From the NCBI GenBank assembly GCA_031424495.1, contig JANPHP010000034.1, forward strand, positions 28,804-92,803: a DNA stretch of 64,000 nt, given 5' to 3'. Positions 28,860 through 37,856 of this stretch are shown here, in pieces. Under the pieces are notes generated by a model. The model ran no database searches. It saw nothing but the letters and a program-made list of their open reading frames with translations, and had not been told where the DNA came from. A program made the position numbers and the translations under genes. Numbering within the stretch: the first letter of the stretch is position 1; every line of letters starts with the position of its first letter. The DNA comes from Bacteroidota bacterium. Lineage in GTDB: Bacteria > Bacteroidota > Bacteroidia > J057 > JADKCL01.

Positions 28860-30804
28860 GTAGGAGAAAATAGAGACAGTTATTAGGCTGCTTCTATTTT
28901 CGTCCTCTCACACCACCGTGCGTACGGTTCCGTACACGGCGGTTCATCGGGCGTTTCCTCTTTGTTGGGTAAGGCTGCGATATCCTAGCTGCCCGAAGTA
29001 ATTGGTGTTGAGCGTGGTTTGCAGGATGGGTGAGGCTGCGATTCGCCACCCTCCCTTCCTCGTGCACGCCCATTGGAAGGCTTTGTCGGCGCTGACCCCC
29101 AGCTTTCTCAGCTCCTTGATTCTTGTGCGGACGCGTTTCCAGTCATGCCAGTGACAGTATCGCACGCGGCGGCGTGTCCATTCATCGATGGCCTCAAGTT
29201 TCTTGCGACCGTCGGCCAGCTTGAAGTAATTCATCCAGCCACCTGTCAGGTCGTTCAGCTTCTTGATCCGCGTGTGCATGGCATAAGGGCGTGTCTTGCG
29301 GGTGATCTCACGGATTTTGGCCTTCAGTTTCAGATAGCTTTTCTCCGCGATCCGCAGTGCCCATCTGCCTGTCGTCTTGTAGAAGCTGTGTCCAAGAACC
29401 GTGAACTTGGAGGGACGCCTGACGGCGCTCTTCTCCTTGTTCACTTTCAGTTTCAGTCGCTTCTCGATGAACATTGTCACACTCTCCAGAACACGCTTGC
29501 CCGCCTTCTCACTACCCACATAGATGCTGCAATCGTCGGCATAACGCACAAATCTAAGGTTCCTTGCCTCCAGTTCCTTGTCCAGCTTGTCGAGCAGGAT
29601 GTTCGACAACAGCGGGCTGAGCGGGCCACCTTGTGGCACACCTTCGTCGCTTTCAGTGAACACACCCCCGACCATCACGCCAGATTCAACGATGGCTCGG
29701 ATGAGTTTCAACACAAGCTTGTCCTCGATTCGCTGGCTCAGCAGGTTCAGCAAGTAGTCGTGGTTCACACGGTCGAAGAACTTCTCCATGTCCATGTCCA
29801 CCACCCAAGTGAAGCCTTCATTGACAAAGCTCGTCGCGACTGCAAGTGCTTGGTGTTGGTTGCGACCTGCCCGAAACCCGAAGCTATGGTCGGAAAATTC
29901 GGGCTCATACATCGGCGAGAGCACCTGATGGATGGCCTGCTGAATCATCCGATCCATTACCGTAGGGATTCCAAGAAGCCTCCCCCCCCCACTTTCCTTG
30001 CGGATTTCAACCCGCCTTACCGCTTGGGGCTTGTACTTTCCCTGCTTGATGCGCTCCCTGATATCGTGCCAGTGGACTTTACAGTAATCCAGCAGTTCGC
30101 TCGCCTTCATTCCGTCAACACCCGCAGCTCCGTCGTTTTTCACGACCCGCCGCAGGGCCTCGCCCATGTTCTCGCGTTCAAGTATCTTGTCAATCAAGTT
30201 CATGTAAACCTCCCAATACTTTGATTCTTGCGCCTCCTGTTCCTTTTCGCAAGCACGGGCTAAGCCCTCTTGGGTACTCCTCGGGTTCCACCCTACTCCT
30301 CCCCAAAAGCTCCTTCCTCAGATGGAAGGCTTGGCTGCCATCGGCCCCATGCCCAGATTCCAGAATGATCTGCGCTCCCGATGTTCGGCCCTTCACGGTT
30401 GCGATCTCTCCGTCCCTCACGGTTTACATCCCGCGGACGGCTCTTTTCCCCCGCTAATATGGCCTCGGCTGACTTCTGGGTACTCAGCGCAACGTCACCG
30501 CCACGGTTGCCCTCAACGAGCTTGTCCCCAGATCTCCCCAGGTAAGAACGGTCACTTTCCCTTCATGTGGCCTCCGCATCTACAACACAACGGTTCGGAT
30601 AGTATCGGACTTCGGCTTGTTTTGCAGCCTCGTCCACTGTTGCACTGCCTCCTATGCGGTTCCTGTTCGTAGGCCCGAAGGTTTGCCGCCAGCTTCCTTC
30701 AGATTCCGCCTCGCGGCGGACACCCTTGCTATTGGCTAATGCTTCCCACTATCAGGGCGCATTCGGGACTTTCACCCTACAGTTACCGCCCATGCTGGGC
30801 GCAC
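28860..30804 (-). mobile_element. Bacterial class C (IIC) group II intron, ~1.95 kb
   Basis: 5' GUGCG at 30804-30800 lies 9 nt after the aspS terminator hairpin/U-run. RT/maturase ORF inside domain IV. Domain V-like 14-bp helix with 2-nt bulge and CGC triad at 28913-28945 overlaps the ORF stop. Domain VI-like hairpin and terminal AC end at ~28860. Confidence 0.75.
28944..30203 (-). CDS. Group II intron reverse transcriptase/maturase (no endonuclease domain)
   Basis: RT motifs 0-7 including RYADDCSIY (YADD). Maturase X domain follows. No HNH/Zn-finger En domain. 419 aa is typical of IIC intron-encoded proteins. Confidence 0.9.
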   Translation of the reverse strand: MNLIDKILERENMGEALRRVVKNDGAAGVDGMKASELLDYCKVHWHDIRERIKQGKYKPQAVRRVEIRKESGGGRLLGIPTVMDRMIQQAIHQVLSPMYEPEFSDHSFGFRAGRNQHQALAVATSFVNEGFTWVVDMDMEKFFDRVNHDYLLNLLSQRIEDKLVLKLIRAIVESGVMVGGVFTESDEGVPQGGPLSPLLSNILLDKLDKELEARNLRFVRYADDCSIYVGSEKAGKRVLESVTMFIEKRLKLKVNKEKSAVRRPSKFTVLGHSFYKTTGRWALRIAEKSYLKLKAKIREITRKTRPYAMHTRIKKLNDLTGGWMNYFKLADGRKKLEAIDEWTRRRVRYCHWHDWKRVRTRIKELRKLGVSADKAFQWACTRKGGWRIAASPILQTTLNTNYFGQLGYRSLTQQRGNAR

Positions 30805-30812
30805 AAACAAAA

Positions 30813-30845
30813 AGCACAGCCCGGTGATCCCGAGGCTGTGCTTTT
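30813..30845 (-). terminator. aspS rho-independent terminator (intron insertion target)
   Basis: agcacagcc-tcgggatcaccgg-gctgtgct hairpin + TTTTTGTTT on the minus strand, immediately followed by the intron 5' end. Confidence 0.75.
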
Positions 30846-30869
30846 CCATTTCTATGCTCAAAAATCAAC

Positions 30870-32633
30870 TCACCCCGGCAGCAAATCCTCCCGCACACCG
30901 ATGAACAGCGCGTCCAAGGCTTCGGTCTCGATCACGCTTGGGCTGTCGATCATCATGTCGCGGCCCATGTTGTTTTTGGGGAATGCAATGTAGTCGCGGA
31001 TCGAGTCGTCGCCGCCAAACATGGCGCTCAGGCGGTCGAAGCCAAAGGCGATGCCGCCGTGGGGCGGTGCACCATATTCAAAAGCGCCCATCAAAAAGCC
31101 GAATTGCGCCTGCGCGGCCTCGGGCGTGAAGCCCAGAATCTCAAACATGCGCTGCTGCAAGCTGCGGTCGTGGATCCTGATCGATCCACCGCCAAGTTCG
31201 ACGCCGTTCATCGTGAGGTCGTAGGCGTTTGCGAGCACGCTGCCGAGATTTTCACCTTTGATGAATTGCTCAAACTGCTCGGGCTTGGGCGAGGTGAAGG
31301 GGTGGTGCATCGCGAAGAATCGTTGGCTGTCCTCGTCCCACTCGAGGAGCGGGAAGTCGATGACCCACAGCGGTTGGAAAGTGTCCTTGGGACGCAAGCC
31401 CAGGCGGTTGGCGAGCTCGATGCGCAGGCTGCCGAGCTGCTTGCGGGTCTTCTCGTCCTTGCCGCAGAGCAGCAACAACAGGTCGCCCGGTTTGGCTTCC
31501 ATGCGGGTCGCCCAGGCCTTGAGGTCGCCTTCGTCATAAAATTTATCGACCGACGATTTCACCGAACCGTCGGCATTTACGCGGGCATAGATGAGGCCCT
31601 TTGCGCCGATCTGCGGAGCCTTCACCCAGTCGGTGAGGCCGTCGAGGTCCTTGCGCGTGTACTCGGCCGCGCCGGGTACGCAGATGCCCGCGACCAATTC
31701 GCTGTCGTTGAAGACGGCGAAGTCCTTGTGTTTGGCGATGTCGCTCAGGTCGCGGATCTCCATGCCAAACCGGATGTCGGGCTTGTCGCTGCCAAAGCGA
31801 TGCATCGCCTCGGCGTAGGTCATGTGGGGGATCTCGTCGAATTCCAAGCCTTTCAAGGTCTTGAACAAGTGGCGGAAAAGTCCCTCAAAAGTCTTCAAGA
31901 TATCGCTCTGCTCCACAAAAGCCATTTCGCAGTCGATCTGCGTGAACTCCGGCTGCCGGTCGGCGCGCAAATCCTCGTCCCTGAAGCAGCGCACGATCTG
32001 GAAATAGCGGTCATAGCCGCTCACCATCAAGATCTGCTTGAAGGTCTGCGGCGACTGCGGCAGGGCGTAAAACTGCCCGGGGTTCATGCGCGATGGCACG
32101 ATGAAGTCGCGCGCGCCCTCGGGCGTGCTCTTGATCATATAAGGTGTCTCGATTTCCAGGAAGTTGAGGCTGTCGAGGTATTTGCGCGTCTCGATGCCGA
32201 GGCGGTGGCGCAATTGGATGTTGCGTTGGAGCGGACCGCGACGCAAGTCGAGGTAGCGGTACTTCATCCGCAGCTGATCTTGGCCGTCGGTTTCCTCCTC
32301 GATGAGGAATGGCGGCACCTTGGATTCATTCAGGACGGCGATCGAGGTCGGGTTGATCTCGATGTCGCCGGTGCTCATCTTCGGATTTTTGCTCGTGCGC
32401 TCGGTCACGATGCCCGTGACCTTCACGACAAATTCGCGGCCGAGAGACTTGGCGATCTCGTAGAGGTCGGCTTTGTCAGAATCTACATTCACCTGCGTGA
32501 TGCCATAACGGTCACGGATATCGACAAAATTGAAGTGACCATGGTCGCGCGCCTTCTGGACCCAGCCAGCAATCGTGACTTCTAGACCGACATGTTCAAT
32601 GCGGAGTTCGCCGCAGGTGTGTGTACGATGCAT
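30870..32633 (-). CDS. aspS: Aspartate--tRNA ligase
   Basis: N-terminal OB-fold ([25 protein letters not shown]), class II motifs ([18 protein letters not shown]; GGGSIRIHD...Q). ATG at 32633. Confidence 0.9.
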   Translation of the reverse strand: MHRTHTCGELRIEHVGLEVTIAGWVQKARDHGHFNFVDIRDRYGITQVNVDSDKADLYEIAKSLGREFVVKVTGIVTERTSKNPKMSTGDIEINPTSIAVLNESKVPPFLIEEETDGQDQLRMKYRYLDLRRGPLQRNIQLRHRLGIETRKYLDSLNFLEIETPYMIKSTPEGARDFIVPSRMNPGQFYALPQSPQTFKQILMVSGYDRYFQIVRCFRDEDLRADRQPEFTQIDCEMAFVEQSDILKTFEGLFRHLFKTLKGLEFDEIPHMTYAEAMHRFGSDKPDIRFGMEIRDLSDIAKHKDFAVFNDSELVAGICVPGAAEYTRKDLDGLTDWVKAPQIGAKGLIYARVNADGSVKSSVDKFYDEGDLKAWATRMEAKPGDLLLLLCGKDEKTRKQLGSLRIELANRLGLRPKDTFQPLWVIDFPLLEWDEDSQRFFAMHHPFTSPKPEQFEQFIKGENLGSVLANAYDLTMNGVELGGGSIRIHDRSLQQRMFEILGFTPEAAQAQFGFLMGAFEYGAPPHGGIAFGFDRLSAMFGGDDSIRDYIAFPKNNMGRDMMIDSPSVIETEALDALFIGVREDLLPG

Positions 32634-32814
32634 ATATGTGCAGATTTTTTGGAGGTGCAAAGATAGCGATTTTGGTTGGGAGGATGGCGGCAGGGGAATG
32701 AAGAATTTGGAGGAGCGAGGCGAGGGCCTCTGGCCCAACGCCGATCGACCTCCAGCCTCTGGCTGGCGAGAATAGAAACACTACCAAAAACTCATCCACC
32801 AGAAACCCATCCAC

Positions 32815-33042
32815 TTACTCAAACCGAAACAACTCCCAAAGTTCGACCCCCAAAGTGTCAGCCAATCGCTCAGCCGTACTAATCGTAGTATTGATCTTGC
32901 CAGTCTCGATGCGGGCGATCTGTGTGTATTCGATCTCGGCCATACCCGCCAAGGTCTCGATGCTGATCCCCTTCGACAAACGAATGGCCCTCAACTTGGC
33001 CCCAAATTTTTGCAACAATTCTGGATTTCTCACGCGTCCCAT
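32815..33042 (-). CDS. HTH XRE-family transcriptional regulator
   Basis: LRAIRLSKGISIETLAGMAEIEYTQIARIETGKINTTISTAERLADTLGV: canonical Cro/C1-type HTH. Confidence 0.7.
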   Translation of the reverse strand: MGRVRNPELLQKFGAKLRAIRLSKGISIETLAGMAEIEYTQIARIETGKINTTISTAERLADTLGVELWELFRFE

Positions 33043-33107
33043 GTTTGCAAGTATGCCATACCTTGTTACATTTGTTATGGCATAAAACACATGGTCGAGA
33101 TACAATT

Positions 33108-33332
33108 ATGGTAGCACTGAAGGAAAAAGAAATCGTCATCACCATTCCCACCGAGGAACCCCACCGCAAACTCGCCGAGTTGCAAAGCGGCCTCATCTAT
33201 GTGATCAATGACTTTTTTGGGCATCTTGAAAATGAAGTTGATGTGGATTCTGGGGCGGCTTACAATGATTTGATCGTGTTGTTGAAGGCGATGATGCCAA
33301 GTGAGGCACAGTTGGAGCGAATGCAGAATTGA
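33108..33332 (+). CDS. Small hypothetical protein (MVALKEKEIVITIPTEEP...), divergent partner of HTH-XRE
   Basis: 74 aa. A clear paralog of the 60339..60617 product (MVALQENQIVITIATPTP...). Both sit divergently next to an HTH-XRE gene. Confidence 0.55.
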   Translation: MVALKEKEIVITIPTEEPHRKLAELQSGLIYVINDFFGHLENEVDVDSGAAYNDLIVLLKAMMPSEAQLERMQN

Positions 33333-33527
33333 CAGCAAGCTAATTTTAGTTTCAATCGACCAAGAAATCCTAGTGCCGAAGAAAATGGGAAGATTAAAAT
33401 TCGTGTTATCGAATTAGGTTACCAAAAATGTTTTCATTAGCTTTGTCTTGTAAAACACAATTTCACACACAACTTTTTGATCGCACGATGGATGCACTTT
33501 TCTACCGCCTAAAGCTCTTCGAGACTT

Positions 33528-33767
33528 ATGCCCACTTTAAAATTACTCGATGGTGTCAAGGTTGAGATGTTCCCTAGGGATCATTTCCCTCCGCATGTTC
33601 ATGTTTCATATGGAGAATATGAAGAACTGATCGAAATAGAAACGCTTGCCACTTATTCAGGACGCAAACTCCTTCCAAGTCGCAAACGTAAAATCGTAGT
33701 AGAATGGATGGCAGAGAACCAAGCATTCCTTTTCGATTGGTGGAATACTTTGCAAAATAGTAGATAG
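33528..33767 (+). CDS. DUF4160-family protein
   Basis: 79 aa with the family hallmark MFPRDHFPPHVHV. Confidence 0.7.
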   Translation: MPTLKLLDGVKVEMFPRDHFPPHVHVSYGEYEELIEIETLATYSGRKLLPSRKRKIVVEWMAENQAFLFDWWNTLQNSR

Positions 33768-33796
33768 ATGACGGTGAACTTTTTTAAAGAATCGCA

Positions 33797-34327
33797 ATGA
33801 AAGCAAAAGCATTTCGCACGATTCCTCGGATTCTTCGGATCAACGCTCGTAAGGGATTTGTAATCTCTTGCCTGTTTAGCAATGGGGAAAATCGAATCAT
33901 AGACTTTGAAAACCTGTTTAGAAATGTCTTCAAAGTGCAGCCGGGTGATTCCGACTATGTATTACTTCAAGATGAAAAGGCCTTTGCCGAAGTCAAGGTT
34001 GAAGAAAAAAATCTTCGCTGGTCGAACATAGGCTTTCATGGAAAGGATGAACTTGGAAATCCCATTTTCCTACCTTATGAATTGGATCCAATCGTCCTGT
34101 ACCAAAACAGTAAGCCCGACACGAGTATGGATATCGATATCGCTCAGATGATCCGTTCACTACGTACCGCGCAAGGCATGACGCAAACCGAGCTTGCACA
34201 AAAGAGCGGGACCACAAAGCAGTACATCTCCCGCCTCGAAAACAGCCATGCCGATATCGAGCTGATGACCCTGAAACGCATCGTAGAAGGCGGCCTAGGT
34301 CGACATCTGGATATCAGTATCAAGTAA
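33797..34327 (+). CDS. DUF2442-like domain fused to C-terminal HTH XRE domain
   Basis: N-terminal ~110 aa DUF2442-like (usual partner of DUF4160). C-terminal IRSLRTAQGMTQTELAQKSGTTKQYISRLENSHADIELMTLKRI is a Cro/C1 HTH. Confidence 0.6.
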   Translation: MKAKAFRTIPRILRINARKGFVISCLFSNGENRIIDFENLFRNVFKVQPGDSDYVLLQDEKAFAEVKVEEKNLRWSNIGFHGKDELGNPIFLPYELDPIVLYQNSKPDTSMDIDIAQMIRSLRTAQGMTQTELAQKSGTTKQYISRLENSHADIELMTLKRIVEGGLGRHLDISIK

Positions 34328-34458
34328 TCCATCCTCCACCCTTGATTAAGGTGGATTCCAAAAACGATTCCCCCAACCCCAAATTCCCATTGCACATCCC
34401 CACCACAAGCAATAACTTCGCAACGCAATCGGCATCATACGCCTTTGCCTCAAAAAAC

Positions 34459-35871
34459 ATGGCTGAAAAGCAATACGACGTCACCATCATCGGTTCAGGA
34501 CCCGGCGGCTATGTGGCTGCAGTGCGCTGCGCCCAGCTCGGCTTCAAAACCGCGATCATCGAGCGCTACCCTACCCTCGGCGGCACCTGCCTCAATGTAG
34601 GCTGCATTCCGTCCAAGGCCCTGCTCGACAGCAGCCACCATTTCCACGATGCCGGCCACAAATTTGCGGCCCACGGCATCCAACTCAGCGGTATCGCGCT
34701 GGACATGAAACAGATGATCGCCCGCAAAAATGAGGTCGTGAAGGCGACCACAGACGGCGTCGTCTTCCTCATGAACAAAAACAAAATCGACACCTATTAC
34801 GGGCACGGCAGCTTCAAAGACAAAAACACCGTGCTCATCACTGCCGACGACGGCAAGGTGACCGAGATCGGTACTGCCCGCACGATCATCGCCACCGGCT
34901 CCAAGCCCAGCAGCATCCCCGGCGTCGAAATCGACAAAAAACGCATCATCACCAGCACCGAGGCCCTGCTCATCGACAAGCTGCCCAAGACGATGGTGGT
35001 CATCGGCGCAGGTGTGATCGGTTTGGAAATGGGCTCCGTATTCGCACGCCTCGGCACCAAGGTGCAAGTGATCGAATACTCCGCCAGCGCAATTGGCGGC
35101 ATGGACGGCACGATGGGCCGCGAAATCACCAAGATCCTCAAGAAGGACCTCGGCTTCGAATTTTTCTTCAGCCACAAAGTCACGGGCGCCAAGGCGACTG
35201 CCAAAGGCGCAAGCGTGACCGCCACCGACCCCAGCGGCGCCACCGTCGAATTCAAAGGCGAGTATGTGCTCGTCTCCACCGGCCGCCGCCCCTATACCGA
35301 CAAGCTCGGCTTGGAGAATGCGGGCGTGAAGCTCGACGCCCGTGGCCGGGTCGAGGTCGACGACCACCTCATGACGAATGTCGAGGGCATCTACGCCATC
35401 GGCGACGTGATCAAAGGCGCGATGCTCGCCCACAAGGCGAGCGAGGAAGGCGTCTTCGTGGCCGAGGTCATGGCTGGGCAGCACCCACACATTAATTATA
35501 GAGCGATCCCGGGCGTGGTCTATACCTGGCCCGAAGTCGCAAGCGTGGGCTATACGGAGGAGGAACTCAAGGCCGATGGCCGCCCCTACAAAATCGGCAC
35601 CTTTTACTTCAAGGCCTCTGGTCGTGCCCGTGCGAGCATGGACACCGATGGCCTCGTCAAGATCCTCGCCGACAAGGAAACCGATGAAATGCTCGGCATG
35701 CACATCGTGGGTCCAAGGGCAGCCGACATGATTATGGAAGGCGTAATGGGCGTAGAGTTCCGCGCCAGCGCCGAAGACCTCGGCATCTTCTCACACGCCC
35801 ACCCGACCTTCAGCGAAAGCATCAAAGAAGCAGCACTGGACGCGACGGGGGCGAGGGCAATCCACAAATAG
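34459..35871 (+). CDS. lpdA: Dihydrolipoyl dehydrogenase
   Basis: FAD motif DVTIIGSGPGGYVAA, redox disulfide GGTCLNVGCIPSK, NAD motif VVIGAGVIGLE, C-terminal HAHPTFSE. Confidence 0.9.
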   Translation: MAEKQYDVTIIGSGPGGYVAAVRCAQLGFKTAIIERYPTLGGTCLNVGCIPSKALLDSSHHFHDAGHKFAAHGIQLSGIALDMKQMIARKNEVVKATTDGVVFLMNKNKIDTYYGHGSFKDKNTVLITADDGKVTEIGTARTIIATGSKPSSIPGVEIDKKRIITSTEALLIDKLPKTMVVIGAGVIGLEMGSVFARLGTKVQVIEYSASAIGGMDGTMGREITKILKKDLGFEFFFSHKVTGAKATAKGASVTATDPSGATVEFKGEYVLVSTGRRPYTDKLGLENAGVKLDARGRVEVDDHLMTNVEGIYAIGDVIKGAMLAHKASEEGVFVAEVMAGQHPHINYRAIPGVVYTWPEVASVGYTEEELKADGRPYKIGTFYFKASGRARASMDTDGLVKILADKETDEMLGMHIVGPRAADMIMEGVMGVEFRASAEDLGIFSHAHPTFSESIKEAALDATGARAIHK

Positions 35872-36155
35872 GAGCAGAATTCGAGCAGAATTCTCAGAAT
35901 TTACTGAATCACTTAGCGTGTTGAATTTTGGGTGGCTAATGGGCGCCTAGAATTCAACACTTTTTTTGAGTTCTGCACGGAATGTAATCACTCTTGAATA
36001 GTGCCACACCAGGTATCGGGTCACTATTATCTCACAGCATCACAACTTCAGCAATGCCAATGCAACAATAAGGGCGATTCAGAGGATTCTGAATATTCCA
36101 CTCAGAATTCAACACTATGCTCTGTTCTGTAAATTCTGAAAATTCTGCTCCTGCT
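35872..36155. repeat. MITE-like element: inverted ~60-bp GAATTCTG-rich terminal repeats flanking ~160 bp
   Basis: 35872-35935 is the reverse complement of the CCACCCARAATTCAACAC...GTAAATTCTG-RAATTCTGCTCC unit found forward at 36096-36155, 43284-43336 and 55643-55697. It fills the gap exactly between the lpdA stop and the OMP stop. Confidence 0.55.
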
Positions 36156-36156
36156 C

Positions 36157-36846
36157 CTAGAACATCACATTCAGCGACAGATTGTTCAGTGGCTGATAGA
36201 TGGTTTCGAAGTAGTTGTTGGAGCGGGCGTAGGTGCTGGTCTCGGGGGAGATTTGCGAGATGCGGGTGCTGCGGCCGATGAACATGAGGTCCATGCAGGT
36301 CTCGGCACTCACAGAAATTGCATATCCCAAATAACAACGCAGGCCCACAACAGGGCTGATGCCCATGCCGCGACGGGTGCGGTTGTCGGTCGACTCGCGG
36401 TAGTTGAGGGTGCTCACGCTATAGGTTTCGCCTGAATATTTGCCAAACATGCCCACCACATCGATGCCAGCGTAGGGCTCAAAAGGGCCCATGATTGCAA
36501 ACCATTCATAACCCATGCGCAGGGTCACACCTGAGACTTTGCCCTCAGTGCGCAAACAATCGGGGCAATTGCGACGGTTTTCATACTGGTATTTGGTGAG
36601 GGCTAGCCCGGTGCGAAATGCACCGAAAGTGCCGTAGCGCTTGTAGTGGATGCCATTGAAAAAACCGACGCCCAAGGTCTGCTCGGCGGCATGGATGCCC
36701 CCGAAATTGCTGGCGTTGGTGACGCTGCCGAGACGTACGCCGATCTCATTCACGGGCATGCTGTTCGCGCCGCACTGTGCTTGCAGACTGCCAAACATGG
36801 CCGCCGACAGCAGCAAAAACATTCCAATTTTCGTTGCAATTCGCAT
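36157..36846 (-). CDS. Outer-membrane beta-barrel protein (OmpW/porin-like, unknown function)
   Basis: Signal peptide MRIATKIGMFLLLSAAMFGSLQAQ. Amphipathic beta-strand periodicity, C-terminal aromatic (…LSLNVMF). Confidence 0.65.
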   Translation of the reverse strand: MRIATKIGMFLLLSAAMFGSLQAQCGANSMPVNEIGVRLGSVTNASNFGGIHAAEQTLGVGFFNGIHYKRYGTFGAFRTGLALTKYQYENRRNCPDCLRTEGKVSGVTLRMGYEWFAIMGPFEPYAGIDVVGMFGKYSGETYSVSTLNYRESTDNRTRRGMGISPVVGLRCYLGYAISVSAETCMDLMFIGRSTRISQISPETSTYARSNNYFETIYQPLNNLSLNVMF

Positions 36847-37038
36847 AAACCAATTTTCAAATGGGCAAATGAAGTCTAAAGATATGAAAAATCAACACAT
36901 CTGCAGCAAATCGAAAATTTCGAGGCTTGTGCTGCTGCCACCACAATTGGCTTTCTAATCGCCGGGAAGCATGAAACGGAATACACTGCCAACGGGAAAT
37001 TTTTGACGTTTAAGGTCGTAAGCTGTATTTTCGTCATT

Positions 37039-37779
37039 ATGCCTACAAGAATACTCCTTTTTGCGCTGCTCATCAGCCTCGTCGCATTCAGCTGCGGCTC
37101 CAAAAAATCGACCCCATCCACCGATGGGCCGCAGGCCGACGCGCAAACTGATGGAAATGCAGCGGCAGCCAACCCCACACCCGAGCCGAATTACACCACC
37201 GTAAAAGGCACAGGAGCATTGGCGGGTTTGATTCCCAAGGGCTATGAAATCGTCAAAGGCGAGGCTGGGGAAATCATGGCCAAAGGCGAACTCAACGGCG
37301 ACAATTTTGAAGACGCCGCAATTCTCATCCAAACGCTGGATGAAGAACAAGGCAGCGCAGCCATCATCGTCTTGCATGGCGAGCCGGATGGCAAGTTCCG
37401 CTTTGGCGAAATGAGCGGCAACCTCGGCCCTGAGCCACTCAGCTACCCCGACCCCGATCAGCTTAAAGTCGAGAAAGGCGTGCTCATTTTCCACTACCAA
37501 TCGATGCGCTGGTCGGCTGACCTCAAGTTCAGGAAAGAGGCCAAGTATGGTGACCTGCGCCTCATCGGCTCCGATACCGACAACTATGGCAACGCCGTGC
37601 ACGATGGCGCAGGCTCGTCGAGCACCAACTACCTCACCGGGCAGCGCATCAGCAATTACATGAGCTGGGATGAGGCCAAAGGCGACCTCGTGGACCTCCC
37701 CGAGAAGCGCGAAAAGGTCAGCACCCAACTCCGCGCATTCAGCGGCTACAACGACGACTCGCTTTACAACGGGCTTTGA
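37039..37779 (+). CDS. Lipoprotein, unknown function
   Basis: MPTRILLFALLISLVAFSCGS lipobox, then low-complexity linker and a globular domain. Confidence 0.6.
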   Translation: MPTRILLFALLISLVAFSCGSKKSTPSTDGPQADAQTDGNAAAANPTPEPNYTTVKGTGALAGLIPKGYEIVKGEAGEIMAKGELNGDNFEDAAILIQTLDEEQGSAAIIVLHGEPDGKFRFGEMSGNLGPEPLSYPDPDQLKVEKGVLIFHYQSMRWSADLKFRKEAKYGDLRLIGSDTDNYGNAVHDGAGSSSTNYLTGQRISNYMSWDEAKGDLVDLPEKREKVSTQLRAFSGYNDDSLYNGL

Positions 37780-37856
37780 GGCTTTGCTGCCATGCATTCC
37801 CCAATCGAATAAAGCTCCCAAAAAGCTCCGCGCACCCAATCAAAAAGCAGCATCGG

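Noticed and set aside
28913-28945. Considered the 28913-28945 helix a simple terminator for the intron ORF
   Set aside because: A 14-bp stem with a 2-nt bulge and CGC base triad fits group II domain V. It is followed by a domain-VI-like hairpin and lacks a U-run.
31059-32585. 508-aa ORF antisense to aspS
   Set aside because: Antisense shadow of a highly conserved aaRS gene.
34495-35703. 402-aa ORF antisense to lpdA
   Set aside because: Antisense shadow. The plus frame has all lipoamide dehydrogenase motifs.
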